Positions 25,580 through 35,978 of a DNA stretch of 64,000 nt are shown one piece after another. A program made the translations under genes and the position numbers. Source of the DNA: Verrucomicrobia bacterium UBA1200 (GTDB lineage Bacteria; Verrucomicrobiota; Kiritimatiellia; RFP12; UBA1067). The stretch is taken from contig DBXY01000022.1 in assembly GCA_002309765.1 (NCBI GenBank), positions 134,361-198,360 of the forward strand, in the 5' to 3' direction. Every line of letters starts with the position of its first letter. The first letter of the stretch is position 1. Under the pieces are notes generated by a model, which was given only the letters and a program-made list of their open reading frames with translations, did not search any database and had not been told where the DNA came from.

Positions 25580-26707
25580 CTAACTCAATTCGGCCAGAAC
25601 GGCATCGCACACCTCAAACCCTCTCGGGGTTAACCGCCAACCGTTGGGTATCGGTTCGGTTATTCCGTGTGCGGAAAGTTTTCTCAAAACCTTATCCCAC
25701 GCCCGCAAGCGGTCGGCCAGAACAGGAAAGGCGGCTGCCGCCGCCGTTAAATCCAATCCCTCGCCCAAACGGAACCGGAAAAGCGTCCGCTCTACTGCGT
25801 CTTCTTCCGGGGTTAAACGGATGTCAGATTGGGCGGGCGGAATTTCACCGGACGCCAGCGCCCCGCCGTATTTCTTAAGGTCGGGCGCGTTAGTCCAACG
25901 GCGGTCGCCAAACCGCGACGCGGCGGCCGGCCCCAACCCCAAATAATCCTCCCCGTGCCAAACGGCCAGATTATGCCGACACTCGTAACCCGGCAAAGCG
26001 TAATTTGAAATTTCGTAGCGACGGTAACCCGCTTCGTTGAGCATAATGGTGGCTATCTTCAGCCGGTTCATAACCTGGTCGTCATCCGGCGTCGCTACCA
26101 ACCCTTTGCCAATGCGATAGGACAGCACGGTATGCGGCTCCACCGACAACGCATAAACCGAAATATGCTTTGGTGCGCACTCCAAAGCTTGCTCCAACGT
26201 GTAAAGCCATGATTCATCGGTTTCGCCGGGGAACCCGGTAATGAGGTCGATTCCGAAATTGTCCAGTCCGGCAGACTGCAACCGCCGCAGCAGGTCACGG
26301 GAAACCGAGGCCGTATGGCGTCGTCCCATATCGGCGAGAAGCCTATCATCAAAACTCTGCACCCCGACGCTTATGCGGTTAACGCCGACTTTTAACGCGG
26401 CGTCAATTACGGCGGACGAACAGTCGGCGGGGTTAGCCTCGATTGTCCACTCCTCCAAACCGACGACGGGGAAAAACGGCGCGAACAATTCCGCCATTCG
26501 GGTCAAACCCTCGGCACCGAGCAACGTCGGGGTACCGCCGCCGAGATACCAGGTTCGCGGCACCTCACCGTCGGGATTGCGCAGGGAGAATTCGCGGCAC
26601 AGCAACTCCGGGAACCCCGCCACCGTTGCCGCCGGGGCATACACGGAATAAAACCCGCAGTAAGCGCATTTGCGGACGCAAAACGGGATATGGCAATAAA
26701 GGTGCAC
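25580..26707 (-). CDS. hemW: radical SAM heme chaperone HemW (HemN-like, short form)
   Basis: HIPFCVRKCAYCGF (CxxxCxxC), GGGTPT and a HemN_C-like C-terminus. GTG start. At 375 aa it lacks the HemN N-terminal extension. Confidence 0.8.
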   Translation of the reverse strand: MHLYCHIPFCVRKCAYCGFYSVYAPAATVAGFPELLCREFSLRNPDGEVPRTWYLGGGTPTLLGAEGLTRMAELFAPFFPVVGLEEWTIEANPADCSSAVIDAALKVGVNRISVGVQSFDDRLLADMGRRHTASVSRDLLRRLQSAGLDNFGIDLITGFPGETDESWLYTLEQALECAPKHISVYALSVEPHTVLSYRIGKGLVATPDDDQVMNRLKIATIMLNEAGYRRYEISNYALPGYECRHNLAVWHGEDYLGLGPAAASRFGDRRWTNAPDLKKYGGALASGEIPPAQSDIRLTPEEDAVERTLFRFRLGEGLDLTAAAAAFPVLADRLRAWDKVLRKLSAHGITEPIPNGWRLTPRGFEVCDAVLAELS

Positions 26708-26715
26708 CGCCAGTA

Positions 26716-27780
26716 TTATTCAAAAACCATGTCAGGATAAAGGAAGCAGGTAACCTTGGCCGATTTAAGCAGCGATTGGTAATACTCCTTCTTCGCGGCG
26801 GCAAATTTGTTGGAACGGATAGTATCCATGATCTTTTTTCGGTTGATCGGTACCTGCCGGATCAGAATGTGGGACACTCGCGCGGTTTCGGGCGCCTCCG
26901 GCGTGGTATCGGTGGCGGCAACCGCCGGAGTGCGGGCGGTAACCTTCATGATGTGGAAACCGGCATTGGATTGCAGCACCGGGCTAAGCTCTCCGATCGG
27001 CATCGAAAACGCCAGCTTATCCATCTCCTTGGAGGTAAGGTTGCCGTGCCGAATCTCGCCAATGTCGCCGCCCTTGTCCTTGCTGCGCTGGCACTCGGAG
27101 TATTTCTTTGCCATCTCCTCGAAATTCGCGCCCTCCACCAGCTTTTTCCGAAGGTCCTCCATAAAGACCCGCTTCTGCTCGTTGGTGGCCTGAATCTCGG
27201 CGATTACCTTGTCAATCTCTTCGTTGTGGATACCGATGGAGATGCCGACCTTCTGTTCGAACAGCTTGTCGATAACCAACCCGTCCTCAAATTCGCGGTG
27301 CATCTGCTCCGGCGGCAACGGTCCGTTGTTGAAGAAATCGTTGGTGGTCATATTACGCGATTTGAGGGTCTGCGCCAACAAGTTAAGCCCCTTCACCCGG
27401 TCGCGGTCGGTAACGGTGATGGAAGACTTGCGGGCCTCGTCCATTGTGAGCGTCTTCATCACGAAAGCGCTTATCGAGCGCTTGCGGAAGAACGCCTTGG
27501 CGTCCTCCAAACGATTGGACGGAATAATCAGGTGGTTCTGCTTAATGTCCTGGTTCATGTAGCCCATCGCGCGGCGTTCCATCTCTTCCCAGGTGAGCGG
27601 AGTGTCGTTGACCATCGCCACCACGTAATCCGGCGGGGGGTCTTGATTAACTGCCGCCTCTTTCTCGGCGTTCTGCGGGGCGGATTTCGGGCAACCCGTC
27701 AACAACGCGCCGCCAACCAGCGTCGCAAAAAAAGCCGCAAATATCGGAAACATCGGTTTATGGTCAGGTCGGGCGTTCAT
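26716..27780 (-). CDS. parvulin-type peptidyl-prolyl isomerase (SurA/PrsA-like), probable lipoprotein
   Basis: Lipobox-like LLTGC near the N-terminus. The parvulin block is RVSHILI...GGDIGEI...GFHIMKV. Confidence 0.7.
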   Translation of the reverse strand: MNARPDHKPMFPIFAAFFATLVGGALLTGCPKSAPQNAEKEAAVNQDPPPDYVVAMVNDTPLTWEEMERRAMGYMNQDIKQNHLIIPSNRLEDAKAFFRKRSISAFVMKTLTMDEARKSSITVTDRDRVKGLNLLAQTLKSRNMTTNDFFNNGPLPPEQMHREFEDGLVIDKLFEQKVGISIGIHNEEIDKVIAEIQATNEQKRVFMEDLRKKLVEGANFEEMAKKYSECQRSKDKGGDIGEIRHGNLTSKEMDKLAFSMPIGELSPVLQSNAGFHIMKVTARTPAVAATDTTPEAPETARVSHILIRQVPINRKKIMDTIRSNKFAAAKKEYYQSLLKSAKVTCFLYPDMVFE

Positions 27781-27807
27781 AAGGCACTCCTCAGATTTAC
27801 GAAAGAA

Positions 27808-28812
27808 TTACTGGTACTCCTTGAGCCACTGCTGCAGGCCCTTCAAGAAAAGGTTTTTGGCCTCCGCCATATCGGCGGCAATCGTGCATCCGGCGGCGCG
27901 GTTGTGGCCGCCGCCGCCGAATCTCGCCGCCAGGTCCGAAGCGTTGTATGGCGCACGGGTACGGATGCTGATCCGGGTTTCGGGTTTGCTAACCGCGCCG
28001 TAGAAAAAGATCGCCACCCGGTTACCGGCCACGCTACGCGGGATATCCACCACATCTTCGACATCCGCCTTGTGGCCGCCGGTCTCCTTAAAGTCTGCCG
28101 CCTCAAGAGTTATGGTGGCAATGGCACCGTCAGCGGTGAAATCGAGGGTCTGATATGCGCGGCGTTTCAGCTCGATCGCCGGAAGCGGAAAAGCGCAATA
28201 AAGCCGGTCGTTTATATAGGCGGTGCGAACGCCGCAGGAAATCAAATCGGCTCCGCAGCGCAAGGTGGACGGCGCAGTGGATTCGTAAGCGAAGCGCCCG
28301 GTGTCGGTCACCACCGCCACCCACAACGCCTCGGCGGTGATACGGTCGAGCGGCCAGCGGGCGGAACGGAACAGCTTCCAAATAATCTCACCGGTGGACG
28401 ACGCATTGCCTTCCACGTGGTTGAGGTCGGCGAAACGGGTGTTGGTGGCGTGATGGTCAATGCAGATTTTCCGCGGGCAAGCGTCGAACAATTCCCGAAC
28501 CCGGTTGGGAATCCGGTCGGACGAAGCGCAATCCACCGCCACCGCGAGATCGAAAACCATTCCCTCGCACTCTTCCGGGGTTTTCAGTTTCTCGATACCT
28601 TCCAGAAAACCCGGACCGCCGAAACCATTCCTGTCGGCGGTCACCCCCACCGCCGGAATTCCGTTCCGGCTCAACTGGTGAGCCAAAGCGATAACACAAC
28701 CCAAGGCATCTCCGTCCGGACGCACATGCCCGGTAATCATCACCCGACGCGCCCCCCGCAGCGCTTCCAAAACCGATTTGATGGTATCGTTCCTCATCAG
28801 TCCCTTTCCCAA
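27808..28812 (-). CDS. nrnA: DHH/DHHA1 phosphoesterase (NrnA-type oligoribonuclease / pAp phosphatase)
   Basis: ITGHVRPDGDALGC, CIDHHATN and GGGGHNRAAG are the canonical DHH and DHHA1 motifs. Confidence 0.8.
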   Translation of the reverse strand: MGKGLMRNDTIKSVLEALRGARRVMITGHVRPDGDALGCVIALAHQLSRNGIPAVGVTADRNGFGGPGFLEGIEKLKTPEECEGMVFDLAVAVDCASSDRIPNRVRELFDACPRKICIDHHATNTRFADLNHVEGNASSTGEIIWKLFRSARWPLDRITAEALWVAVVTDTGRFAYESTAPSTLRCGADLISCGVRTAYINDRLYCAFPLPAIELKRRAYQTLDFTADGAIATITLEAADFKETGGHKADVEDVVDIPRSVAGNRVAIFFYGAVSKPETRISIRTRAPYNASDLAARFGGGGHNRAAGCTIAADMAEAKNLFLKGLQQWLKEYQ

Positions 28813-28914
28813 CTCAAAGATAAAGGTAATGATAACCTAAAAAACCGGAAAAATCAAGTGTCATCTGCGGAACGGGGGGCTAACTTGTAGGTAAGGCACG
28901 GGGACACGCTTTTC

Positions 28915-30405
28915 TTAATTGTTTACCCACCAGCCGGGAGAGACCTGATAGTTCAGGAAGCCGGTATCGAGGTAGTCGTCCACCTTCATGTCCTGCCCGA
29001 CCAGACGCAGGGAACGCTGGAAGGAGACATCGTGCGATACGGGCGACCCCCACGCCGCGAATGCGGCACCCGTGTACATCTTCTGCCAATTGCGTCCGAA
29101 TAGATGATGCCACGTTGTCTCGATGAACCCGAATCCGCCAATCTTGACGATATGGTCCGCCATCGACTTCATCGACTTGTCGTTCTCCCACGGACAGCAG
29201 GCGACCGAGAACCCATGTTCCTTGAAGTAGGTCATCGTGGGCCAATCGGTCAGTGGGCCTTTATCATGTTGCGCGGTGTCCTGATACTGCCAATCGCAGA
29301 TGATGATGTCCTTGGGAAGTTTGTCGAGTATCGCCCCCGTCCCCTTGTTGCCGCATACGGTAAAGCCCTTCCAGCGTGGATCCGCCTGGTCGAGCAGCAT
29401 GTCGTGCCACATCATCGCGCGCGCCCCCCGCGACTTGACGAACTCCGCCAAACCGGAGATGTGCTTCAACACCAGTTCTTCGTTCGGCGTCTTGACGCAC
29501 TCCGGGCAGGTCTGCCGATCCGCTTCGTCGCAACCGATATGGAAATAAGGGGGATTGCCGAAGTTCTCGTGCATCTCGGCGATCAGCTCGCGCAGAACGC
29601 GCTGTGTCTCGGGATTCGAGAGACACCAGTTCCATCCTCCCGGCTCGAACAGTGGTTCGTATTCGGGATGGATATCGAGCACGCTGTGTTTGATCGTGCA
29701 GCCGCGTGCGGCAGAGGCATGGCCGTAACAGTTGATCTGCGGGATTAGCGTGATGCCGATGTCTTTTCCGATGGCGACAAGACGGCTGACCTCCGCCTTG
29801 GTCATGTTCGCCTGCGGCCATGGCCACCAAGGATGCTTCTCGCTCTTGTACATCCCCCACGGCTCGATGATCGCGTAGTTGAACTTCATCAGCGCCGCAA
29901 GACGGATGGCGCGTTCAATCTGCTGCGGACGCACCTCCGGGAACCAACAGAAATGGATGGCGCGGAACGAAAGATGCGGCGCGTCGGAGATTTTCAATGT
30001 CGGGAGAAGCATTCCCTCCGTCTTGACTGTACCGCGCTTCGCGATCGCAATCTGCCGCAGCGTGTAGGTGGCCCACCGCGTTCCCGCCAAGGTACGCGCA
30101 CTGATCTTCACGCCATCCGCGTTCACCTCCGCCGCGTACGCCTCGTCGCCCGCCTGCAAGGCGAGTCCGGTCGTCCCTCCCGCCACCTTCGGGGAATGCG
30201 CCCCGTACCACTCGGCAAAATGGGCCTTCACCCACTCCGCCGCGGCGGGATCGGGACACTCCACCGTGGCGGTGATGGTGTCGTCAAACGCCACCCAATT
30301 GCTTTTATCCCATGAGAAAGTCTGCGCCGCTACTGCCGTCAGGCAGAGTGACAACTGTAACGCGGCCGCCGCCGCGACCGTACCGATCATCCTATTCGTT
30401 TTCAT
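28915..30405 (-). CDS. family 20 glycoside hydrolase-like protein (beta-N-acetylhexosaminidase-like), secreted
   Basis: Start trimmed to ATG 30405 (MKTNRMIGTVAAAAALQLSLCLTAVAA signal). FHIGCDEA resembles the GH20 H-x-G-x-D-E catalytic block, within TIM-barrel-like context. Confidence 0.55.
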   Translation of the reverse strand: MKTNRMIGTVAAAAALQLSLCLTAVAAQTFSWDKSNWVAFDDTITATVECPDPAAAEWVKAHFAEWYGAHSPKVAGGTTGLALQAGDEAYAAEVNADGVKISARTLAGTRWATYTLRQIAIAKRGTVKTEGMLLPTLKISDAPHLSFRAIHFCWFPEVRPQQIERAIRLAALMKFNYAIIEPWGMYKSEKHPWWPWPQANMTKAEVSRLVAIGKDIGITLIPQINCYGHASAARGCTIKHSVLDIHPEYEPLFEPGGWNWCLSNPETQRVLRELIAEMHENFGNPPYFHIGCDEADRQTCPECVKTPNEELVLKHISGLAEFVKSRGARAMMWHDMLLDQADPRWKGFTVCGNKGTGAILDKLPKDIIICDWQYQDTAQHDKGPLTDWPTMTYFKEHGFSVACCPWENDKSMKSMADHIVKIGGFGFIETTWHHLFGRNWQKMYTGAAFAAWGSPVSHDVSFQRSLRLVGQDMKVDDYLDTGFLNYQVSPGWWVNN

Positions 30406-30527
30406 GTCATCCTTTCGTTCGTTCCGTGGACACAGAGCCGTTACAGGCACGGCTCGTCCCAACATAGGTAAAGCTTTCCTAAACTGAAGATTCCGTCCTG
30501 TTACGTCTGACGGCGCAGGAGAAACTT

Positions 30528-33269
30528 TCAGTTTCTGTTCATCATGTCTTTCGTATCGGCATCAAGCCTGACGGCTTCCTCCGTTTCGACTGTTTTGCCC
30601 GAAAGAAAGATGTTTTCAAACCAGTTCATGCCGACCTTCCACTTCGGCTTAAACGCTTCCGACGCGGCATAACGCCATAACGTACGACGGAAAAGCCTCG
30701 CGCCAGTGTTGTTGGCATCGAGATTGAGCCCGCACGCGATCAATCGGCCCTGGCCAACCTGCACTTCGAAGAACGGCGAGATAAAATAAGAATGATGAAG
30801 ATCCGGCACCACCGTAATGATCGGGCGGAAGTCCTTTGGCAGGCCCTCCAGACGATACGCGACCGCATTTTGTTTGCCGTAGGAAAAGAGCTGACGCCAG
30901 AACTCGTCGAGCCAATAGTCGCAACCCGTAGGCGCAAGAGCCGGATGGTCAGCGTCAATCACAGCACCGAAACCAATGTGCTTTCGGTTTGTAGCGAAAA
31001 GTCCGGTGGACCAGTAGATCGGCATAAACGTCGTGATGTCGCTCTTGGCACTTTTACCGGTGTAAATCACACGCCCGCCCGTCGCGAGAGCCTTCCCCGC
31101 CTCATCCGGATCGGCCGTCACGATAACACCATCCGGCGGCGGTTCCCCAACCGGAATACGCGGCAACACGTAGATGCGCCATGAGTTGTCACCGAAACGG
31201 AGTTCCGCACGGCACGGGGCGGAGAACGATTCCAAAGGAACGGAAATACTCCCAAGCTCCGCGAGTTCGCCGGAAGGTATCGGCCGCTTCGCCGTAACCC
31301 AACCCCCATGGATTCCAAACTCCCAACGCCAACGCGTCCCTTCCGGGATCTCACCCGCAAGACTGTTGCGAACGAGAAGCCGCGCCGTAAAGGTTTCGTT
31401 GGATGTCCAAAGAAACTTGGCGAAAGTGGCGAGGCACGGGACGGGTCGCATCAGATTAGAAAACGGCGGCACTTCCCCCAGCGCAGGTTTCGCGTCGAAG
31501 AAGGCATCGTACCAACCGATCAGTGCCTCGCCTTGCCCGGTGTAGTCGCGCAGATCAAGATACGTGATGCCATTGCACGAAGGGGTACGAAGAAAACCTT
31601 CCGTCTCCAGCTTGTACAAGTGACGGCTCGTCTGCATGGAGGCGGAGTGGAATTCGCGCGCGAAACGGAAAGTGTTGTTCGAGACTGCGGCCTCGCGGAA
31701 GGCGGGCCAACGCCAGGGGACGAGAAGACCGTTAAACTTGGGGATCTGCTCGTCCCAGACTGGATAGACCGGCCACTGCCCGATCTCGTGCGCGATCACG
31801 GGGATTGGGGCTTTCGAATAGACAGGCTCATAATCATAGTCCGCTCCGCCGCCAAGTTTGCCGCGCGTCGCGCCGATGCCGGGATAGTGGTGCGTCACCA
31901 TGAAGTCATCGCTCGGAGTGACTTTACGCGCGGTGGAACACATTGTGAGCCGTCGCGGATCGTAAGCCTTATGTTCTGACATCCACTTGTCGAGCGCATC
32001 AAAATTGCAGAATCCCAATTCGTTGCCGAATGTGGTGGCGACCATCGAGGGGTGGTTGCCATAGGTGTCGGAAACGGCCTTCAACTCGCGTCGCAACCAG
32101 TCGTCAAGCGCATCATTGCCGTACCCAGCGAAACTCGTTGGATATCCGTTTTCGTTCCAATAGCCGAGCTCGCAGAAAACCATCATGCCAAGTTCGTCGG
32201 CCGCCTCGAACGCGGCGGCGGGTGGCGTCCATGTGTGGAGCTGAATCGCGTTCATACCGTTGTTGCGTTCGATGTTCAGGACGCGCATCCATTCGCGTTT
32301 GGTCATATCGGGATGACCGGTGAGCGGGAAGGCGCAGTTGTCGATGTCGGCGCGGACGAAGAGGGCGCGGCCGTTTAGCATGAGTCGGTTACCCTTGTGC
32401 CCGATTGTCCTGAAACCGAAGCGCACGGTCTTTTCAAGACCGCTTTTCGCGTCGCGGAATGCGACGGTATAGAGACGCGGATTGAACTCGTCCCACGCCT
32501 GCGGTTCCTCCGCGAGCGAGGCGGTCACCATAACCCGCCCTTTGGCATAAGGCGACGGGGCTGTTTCGAATCCGGTGAAGGTAAGCGAGTCCGAGGTTAT
32601 GCCCGCCACATCGGCGACGAAACCATCGGGCAATTCAAAACGCACTTTGCGACCGGCGGGAAAGTCGGCAAAAACACGAACCGAATCGAGCGGGTTCACC
32701 TCACGCAGTTCGATTTTTCCGATTGCGCCGTTCCAGACGGATTGCATCCATTCGCTGTAGCCGTGCGCCTTCATCGCCACACCGTACCGTTTTGTGTTGT
32801 CGATCTCAATTTCCAAACGGTGCTCGCCCGGCGCAAGGGCGCCGGCTGGAATTCGGTGGACGTGGGGCGTGCCGAGGGAGTCGCTGAAGCCAAAATCTCG
32901 TCCGTCGATCTTCAGTCGGCTCGCCCACATCACGCGTTCAAGGAACACTTCGAGCGGTTTGGCGACATCCTCGGCGGAAAGCGAAATCGTGCGTGAATAA
33001 ACCGCCGTACCGTAGTACTTGTAACGTCGGGCGAGACCGGTCTTGGCGGTACGCTCGGTGTAGGCGGCAAAGTGCGCGGGTGTCTGGAGCGTACCTAATC
33101 CGGCATCGGCAAGCGTGCCGGGCAAACGCGCCTTGCCCGTGAAGTTCGTCCCGGCACAATCCCATTCCCCCGAAAGGTCGAGACAGAACGGTTGCGCATA
33201 GACCGACATGCACATCGCCGCATAAAGCACAAATGCGGTGACGATAATGTTGTTGGCAATCCGTTTCAT
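30528..33269 (-). CDS. glycoside hydrolase family 2 protein (sugar-binding + TIM barrel), secreted
   Basis: Start trimmed to ATG 33269 (MKRIANNIIVTAFVLYAAMCMSVYA signal). The GH2 N-terminal pattern is YYGTAVYSRTISL...LKIDGRDFG. Also present: LNGRALFVRADID...GMNAIQLHTW...ELGMMVFCEL and FGNELG. Confidence 0.7.
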   Translation of the reverse strand: MKRIANNIIVTAFVLYAAMCMSVYAQPFCLDLSGEWDCAGTNFTGKARLPGTLADAGLGTLQTPAHFAAYTERTAKTGLARRYKYYGTAVYSRTISLSAEDVAKPLEVFLERVMWASRLKIDGRDFGFSDSLGTPHVHRIPAGALAPGEHRLEIEIDNTKRYGVAMKAHGYSEWMQSVWNGAIGKIELREVNPLDSVRVFADFPAGRKVRFELPDGFVADVAGITSDSLTFTGFETAPSPYAKGRVMVTASLAEEPQAWDEFNPRLYTVAFRDAKSGLEKTVRFGFRTIGHKGNRLMLNGRALFVRADIDNCAFPLTGHPDMTKREWMRVLNIERNNGMNAIQLHTWTPPAAAFEAADELGMMVFCELGYWNENGYPTSFAGYGNDALDDWLRRELKAVSDTYGNHPSMVATTFGNELGFCNFDALDKWMSEHKAYDPRRLTMCSTARKVTPSDDFMVTHHYPGIGATRGKLGGGADYDYEPVYSKAPIPVIAHEIGQWPVYPVWDEQIPKFNGLLVPWRWPAFREAAVSNNTFRFAREFHSASMQTSRHLYKLETEGFLRTPSCNGITYLDLRDYTGQGEALIGWYDAFFDAKPALGEVPPFSNLMRPVPCLATFAKFLWTSNETFTARLLVRNSLAGEIPEGTRWRWEFGIHGGWVTAKRPIPSGELAELGSISVPLESFSAPCRAELRFGDNSWRIYVLPRIPVGEPPPDGVIVTADPDEAGKALATGGRVIYTGKSAKSDITTFMPIYWSTGLFATNRKHIGFGAVIDADHPALAPTGCDYWLDEFWRQLFSYGKQNAVAYRLEGLPKDFRPIITVVPDLHHSYFISPFFEVQVGQGRLIACGLNLDANNTGARLFRRTLWRYAASEAFKPKWKVGMNWFENIFLSGKTVETEEAVRLDADTKDMMNRN

Positions 33270-33329
33270 GTCATCCTTTCGTTCATGCCTGTCTGTGGAG
33301 CCCCTCTCGTCACTCTTCACTCGTCACTC

Positions 33330-34610
33330 TTATCTCTTCTCCGTGGTCTTAAAGTCGTAAGCGCCGAGAATGCGGTTGGATTCGTCAGCGGCGGTAACCA
33401 TCATCAGTTGGTAGGTCTTGCCGTCTGGCGCCACGTCCACCACCACATGAGCGCCCTCGAACGACTCGGGCGCGATCTCCTTCAGCCATGGTTCGGCGGC
33501 ATCCGCCTCCCGGCGCAGTTTCGGGAACATACCCGGCGCGTATAGGCACGGCCACTTGGCCTGTGTGAGTCTGCGCATGGTGGGACGGTTCATGTGCTGA
33601 GCATGCCACACGCCCGCCAGAACCACCCGCGCCTTGAGCGCGTTCACGAGCGAGAGCGGCATCGTGTGATGGCCGTGATGGTTGGCCTTGGCCACATCAA
33701 CCTGCGGACACTCCGGAGCGAGCGCGTCCTCGATGTCCGCACGCGTTCCATCCTCCCTTTTCACACCGCCGGAGAAGTCGCCCGCCGTGAAATAACGGAA
33801 GTCGCCCAGCGAAAGTACCATGCCAATCGAAAGCGCGTTTTCATCAAACCCTTTGCGCGTACCCTTCGCGCCGGCTAAAGTTCCCAAATCGAGAACCGTG
33901 CCATCGCGCTTGAGCACGCATCCCCGCGCACAAAGCGGCGTGTACCCGAAAGCCGCGCATCCGCCGTGGAGGAGACGGATCTGGTCCGACCCTTTCTCCA
34001 AACGAAAGCGCTCCACCTTGATGCCCCTTCGTTCTATCTCTTCGTAAACGAGCCGAGTGTGTTCCACCGTCCGTTCGTCGAACGATCCCGCACGCGGTGC
34101 CGGATCGTCCATATCGGGCCATGACCTGTCAATGAACGTGCCGAAGTCGATATAGTCCATCGCCTCTCCGATACCGCTCAGCCAATATTTGCCGTTCGCG
34201 CTCTTTCGCACACCGGATTCGGGGTGTCCCGCATGGTCGCTGTGATAGTGCGTAAGCAGGAAGTAATCGACCTTCTTACCGTTGGGGTTCTCTCGTAGAA
34301 TGTAGCGGGCGGCCCATTCTCCGGCGCGGCGGGAGTCGTCAGGGAGGTGCGGCGTCACATCGCGTCCGGCGAATGTGTAGTCGCCGCAGTCAATCAGGAG
34401 CGAGGTACCGTCGGGAAACACGTGGAAGGTGGTTTCCGCTCGCCCGTTGTAGAGGATATGGATACGGAAATGGCCTTTCTCCCATTTCGGCAAGGTTCCG
34501 CCCGCGAGCGGATGCCGCGCCATCTCGGCCCAAACGTCCATGCCCGACCCCCAAATCCCAGCAGCCGCGACTCCTTGCGAAAGAAACGTTCGTCTGTCAA
34601 TCATGTTCAT
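33330..34610 (-). CDS. MBL-fold metallo-hydrolase with twin-arginine (Tat) signal
   Basis: MNMIDRRTFLSQGVAAAGIWG is a Tat-type signal. HYHSDHAG is the HxHxDH motif. Confidence 0.75.
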   Translation of the reverse strand: MNMIDRRTFLSQGVAAAGIWGSGMDVWAEMARHPLAGGTLPKWEKGHFRIHILYNGRAETTFHVFPDGTSLLIDCGDYTFAGRDVTPHLPDDSRRAGEWAARYILRENPNGKKVDYFLLTHYHSDHAGHPESGVRKSANGKYWLSGIGEAMDYIDFGTFIDRSWPDMDDPAPRAGSFDERTVEHTRLVYEEIERRGIKVERFRLEKGSDQIRLLHGGCAAFGYTPLCARGCVLKRDGTVLDLGTLAGAKGTRKGFDENALSIGMVLSLGDFRYFTAGDFSGGVKREDGTRADIEDALAPECPQVDVAKANHHGHHTMPLSLVNALKARVVLAGVWHAQHMNRPTMRRLTQAKWPCLYAPGMFPKLRREADAAEPWLKEIAPESFEGAHVVVDVAPDGKTYQLMMVTAADESNRILGAYDFKTTEKR

Positions 34611-34810
34611 CTCCCTTTCTACGCAGATTACCCGCTTTTCAAATCGGAATTAATTATGATAATACCAAAAAATTGTTAAAAGGGGAATACTTTATCCAAC
34701 AAAAAAAGATTATCATTTCGCCAAAAACCGGCTGTTTGCCCAAATATTGGGTCATAAAAGGGGACTTGGACAAGTGGACAACTCCATCTGACGCTGAAAA
34801 AAGGAAGCCA

Positions 34811-35842
34811 CTATTTCAGCAATGTCTTTGCATCCACTAAAAAATCAAAGTACCTTTCCGCCTCAACGGAAGGCGACAGCCTGCCGTCGTAAACGAGTGC
34901 CGTGCGAACCGACAGGTTTCTGGAAGCACCTAATGACTCGATCTTGTCCCTGACTTCATCTATGACACTAGGCCCAATCTCCTTACGCCTTTTTATCTCA
35001 ATGACGAAAATCGTGCGCTCCGTCTGGACGAGAAGGTCGATCTGGCAACCCTTGACACCCTTGCCGGACTTTCTCTGATAAGGTGAAGCGGAAAGCACCA
35101 TCGACCGTTCTAGGCCAAGGTGCGGCAGAATGTCTTCCACATGGTTGAGGATCATGTTCTCGAACTGCAGTCCGAGCATCGCATCCCATCCCTTCAGCTG
35201 CTCAAGCGAAGAGAACGTAAACAGCCCCTTCTCTATCGCCCTGCGCTTAGGAGCGACATATCGCAGATAGAACCGCGTGTAGTTGTCCTTTATCCGGTAT
35301 CGTTCCACCCGTAACGGCTCGCCCGTCTGCGGATTCAATCCAGAATCCTTCGCCACAAACCCCGCGTATTCAAGGTCCTTCAGTGCCTGCGTCAGCTTGC
35401 CGCCAGGGGTCTTGTGCATTGATCTGGCAAGCTCTGACACGGATAGCGGTGCGTCCGCCAGCATCCGCAAAGCGTCACCGCGGCTGGATACCCTCCGCCC
35501 AAACACGGCGCTGAACGTCTCATCAAACTCGCGGAAAAGTGTTCCGCGAGGCATAAAGCACAGTTGCCGCATATTTTCTTCGACAGACCACTCCGGGCGA
35601 ATCTCCTCAAGGTACTTCGGTACTCCGCCGGTAATAGACAGGATGTCGAACAGCTCCCGTGACGAAAGCCGCTGCCCTGCCATGCCAAACATCGCCACGC
35701 TTTCAGCAAGCGATAGCTCGCCAACTTCAAGATCAAGAGAGTCCCTACCAACGAACCCCGTACTGTCCAAAATATTTTCGGCAATCCATGACGAAACCGA
35801 ACCACAGAGAACGAGTACGAGATTATCATGCTTCTTGAGGCG
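34811..35842 (-). pseudogene. 5'-truncated AAA ATPase (Arch_ATPase + DUF234-type) remnant
   Basis: GGVPKYLEEI and a DUF234-like C-terminus. The family-like sequence (LKKHDNLVLVLCGSVSSW...) runs up to an in-frame TAG at 35845..35843 with no ATG or Walker A segment. The only in-frame start, TTG 35770, lies inside the homology. Confidence 0.55.
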
Positions 35843-35907
35843 CTAGTCCTCCTTGGAGAGATGGCGGTATGATACCATAATCACCATGAGTATTGCAACT
35901 GACTTTT

Positions 35908-35944
35908 GGGTCAACTAAATTCATTTTTTCGGTTTAGTTGACCC
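35908..35944. terminator. 12-bp perfect hairpin between the phosphoesterase gene and the ATPase remnant (possible terminator)
   Basis: GGGTCAACTAAA (35908..35919), a 13-nt loop, then TTTAGTTGACCC (35933..35944). There is no clear U-tract on either strand. Confidence 0.35.
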
Positions 35945-35978
35945 TAAAGTCGTAACCGTAGCGTTGCCCCCGCCGCCG

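Noticed and set aside
26443-28890. 815-aa plus-strand ORF spanning hemW, the PPIase gene and nrnA
   Set aside because: It is antisense to three genes with clear family motifs. The translation is R/G/P/A-rich and low-complexity, with no SD and no recognisable domain. Long antisense open frames are expected at this G+C content.
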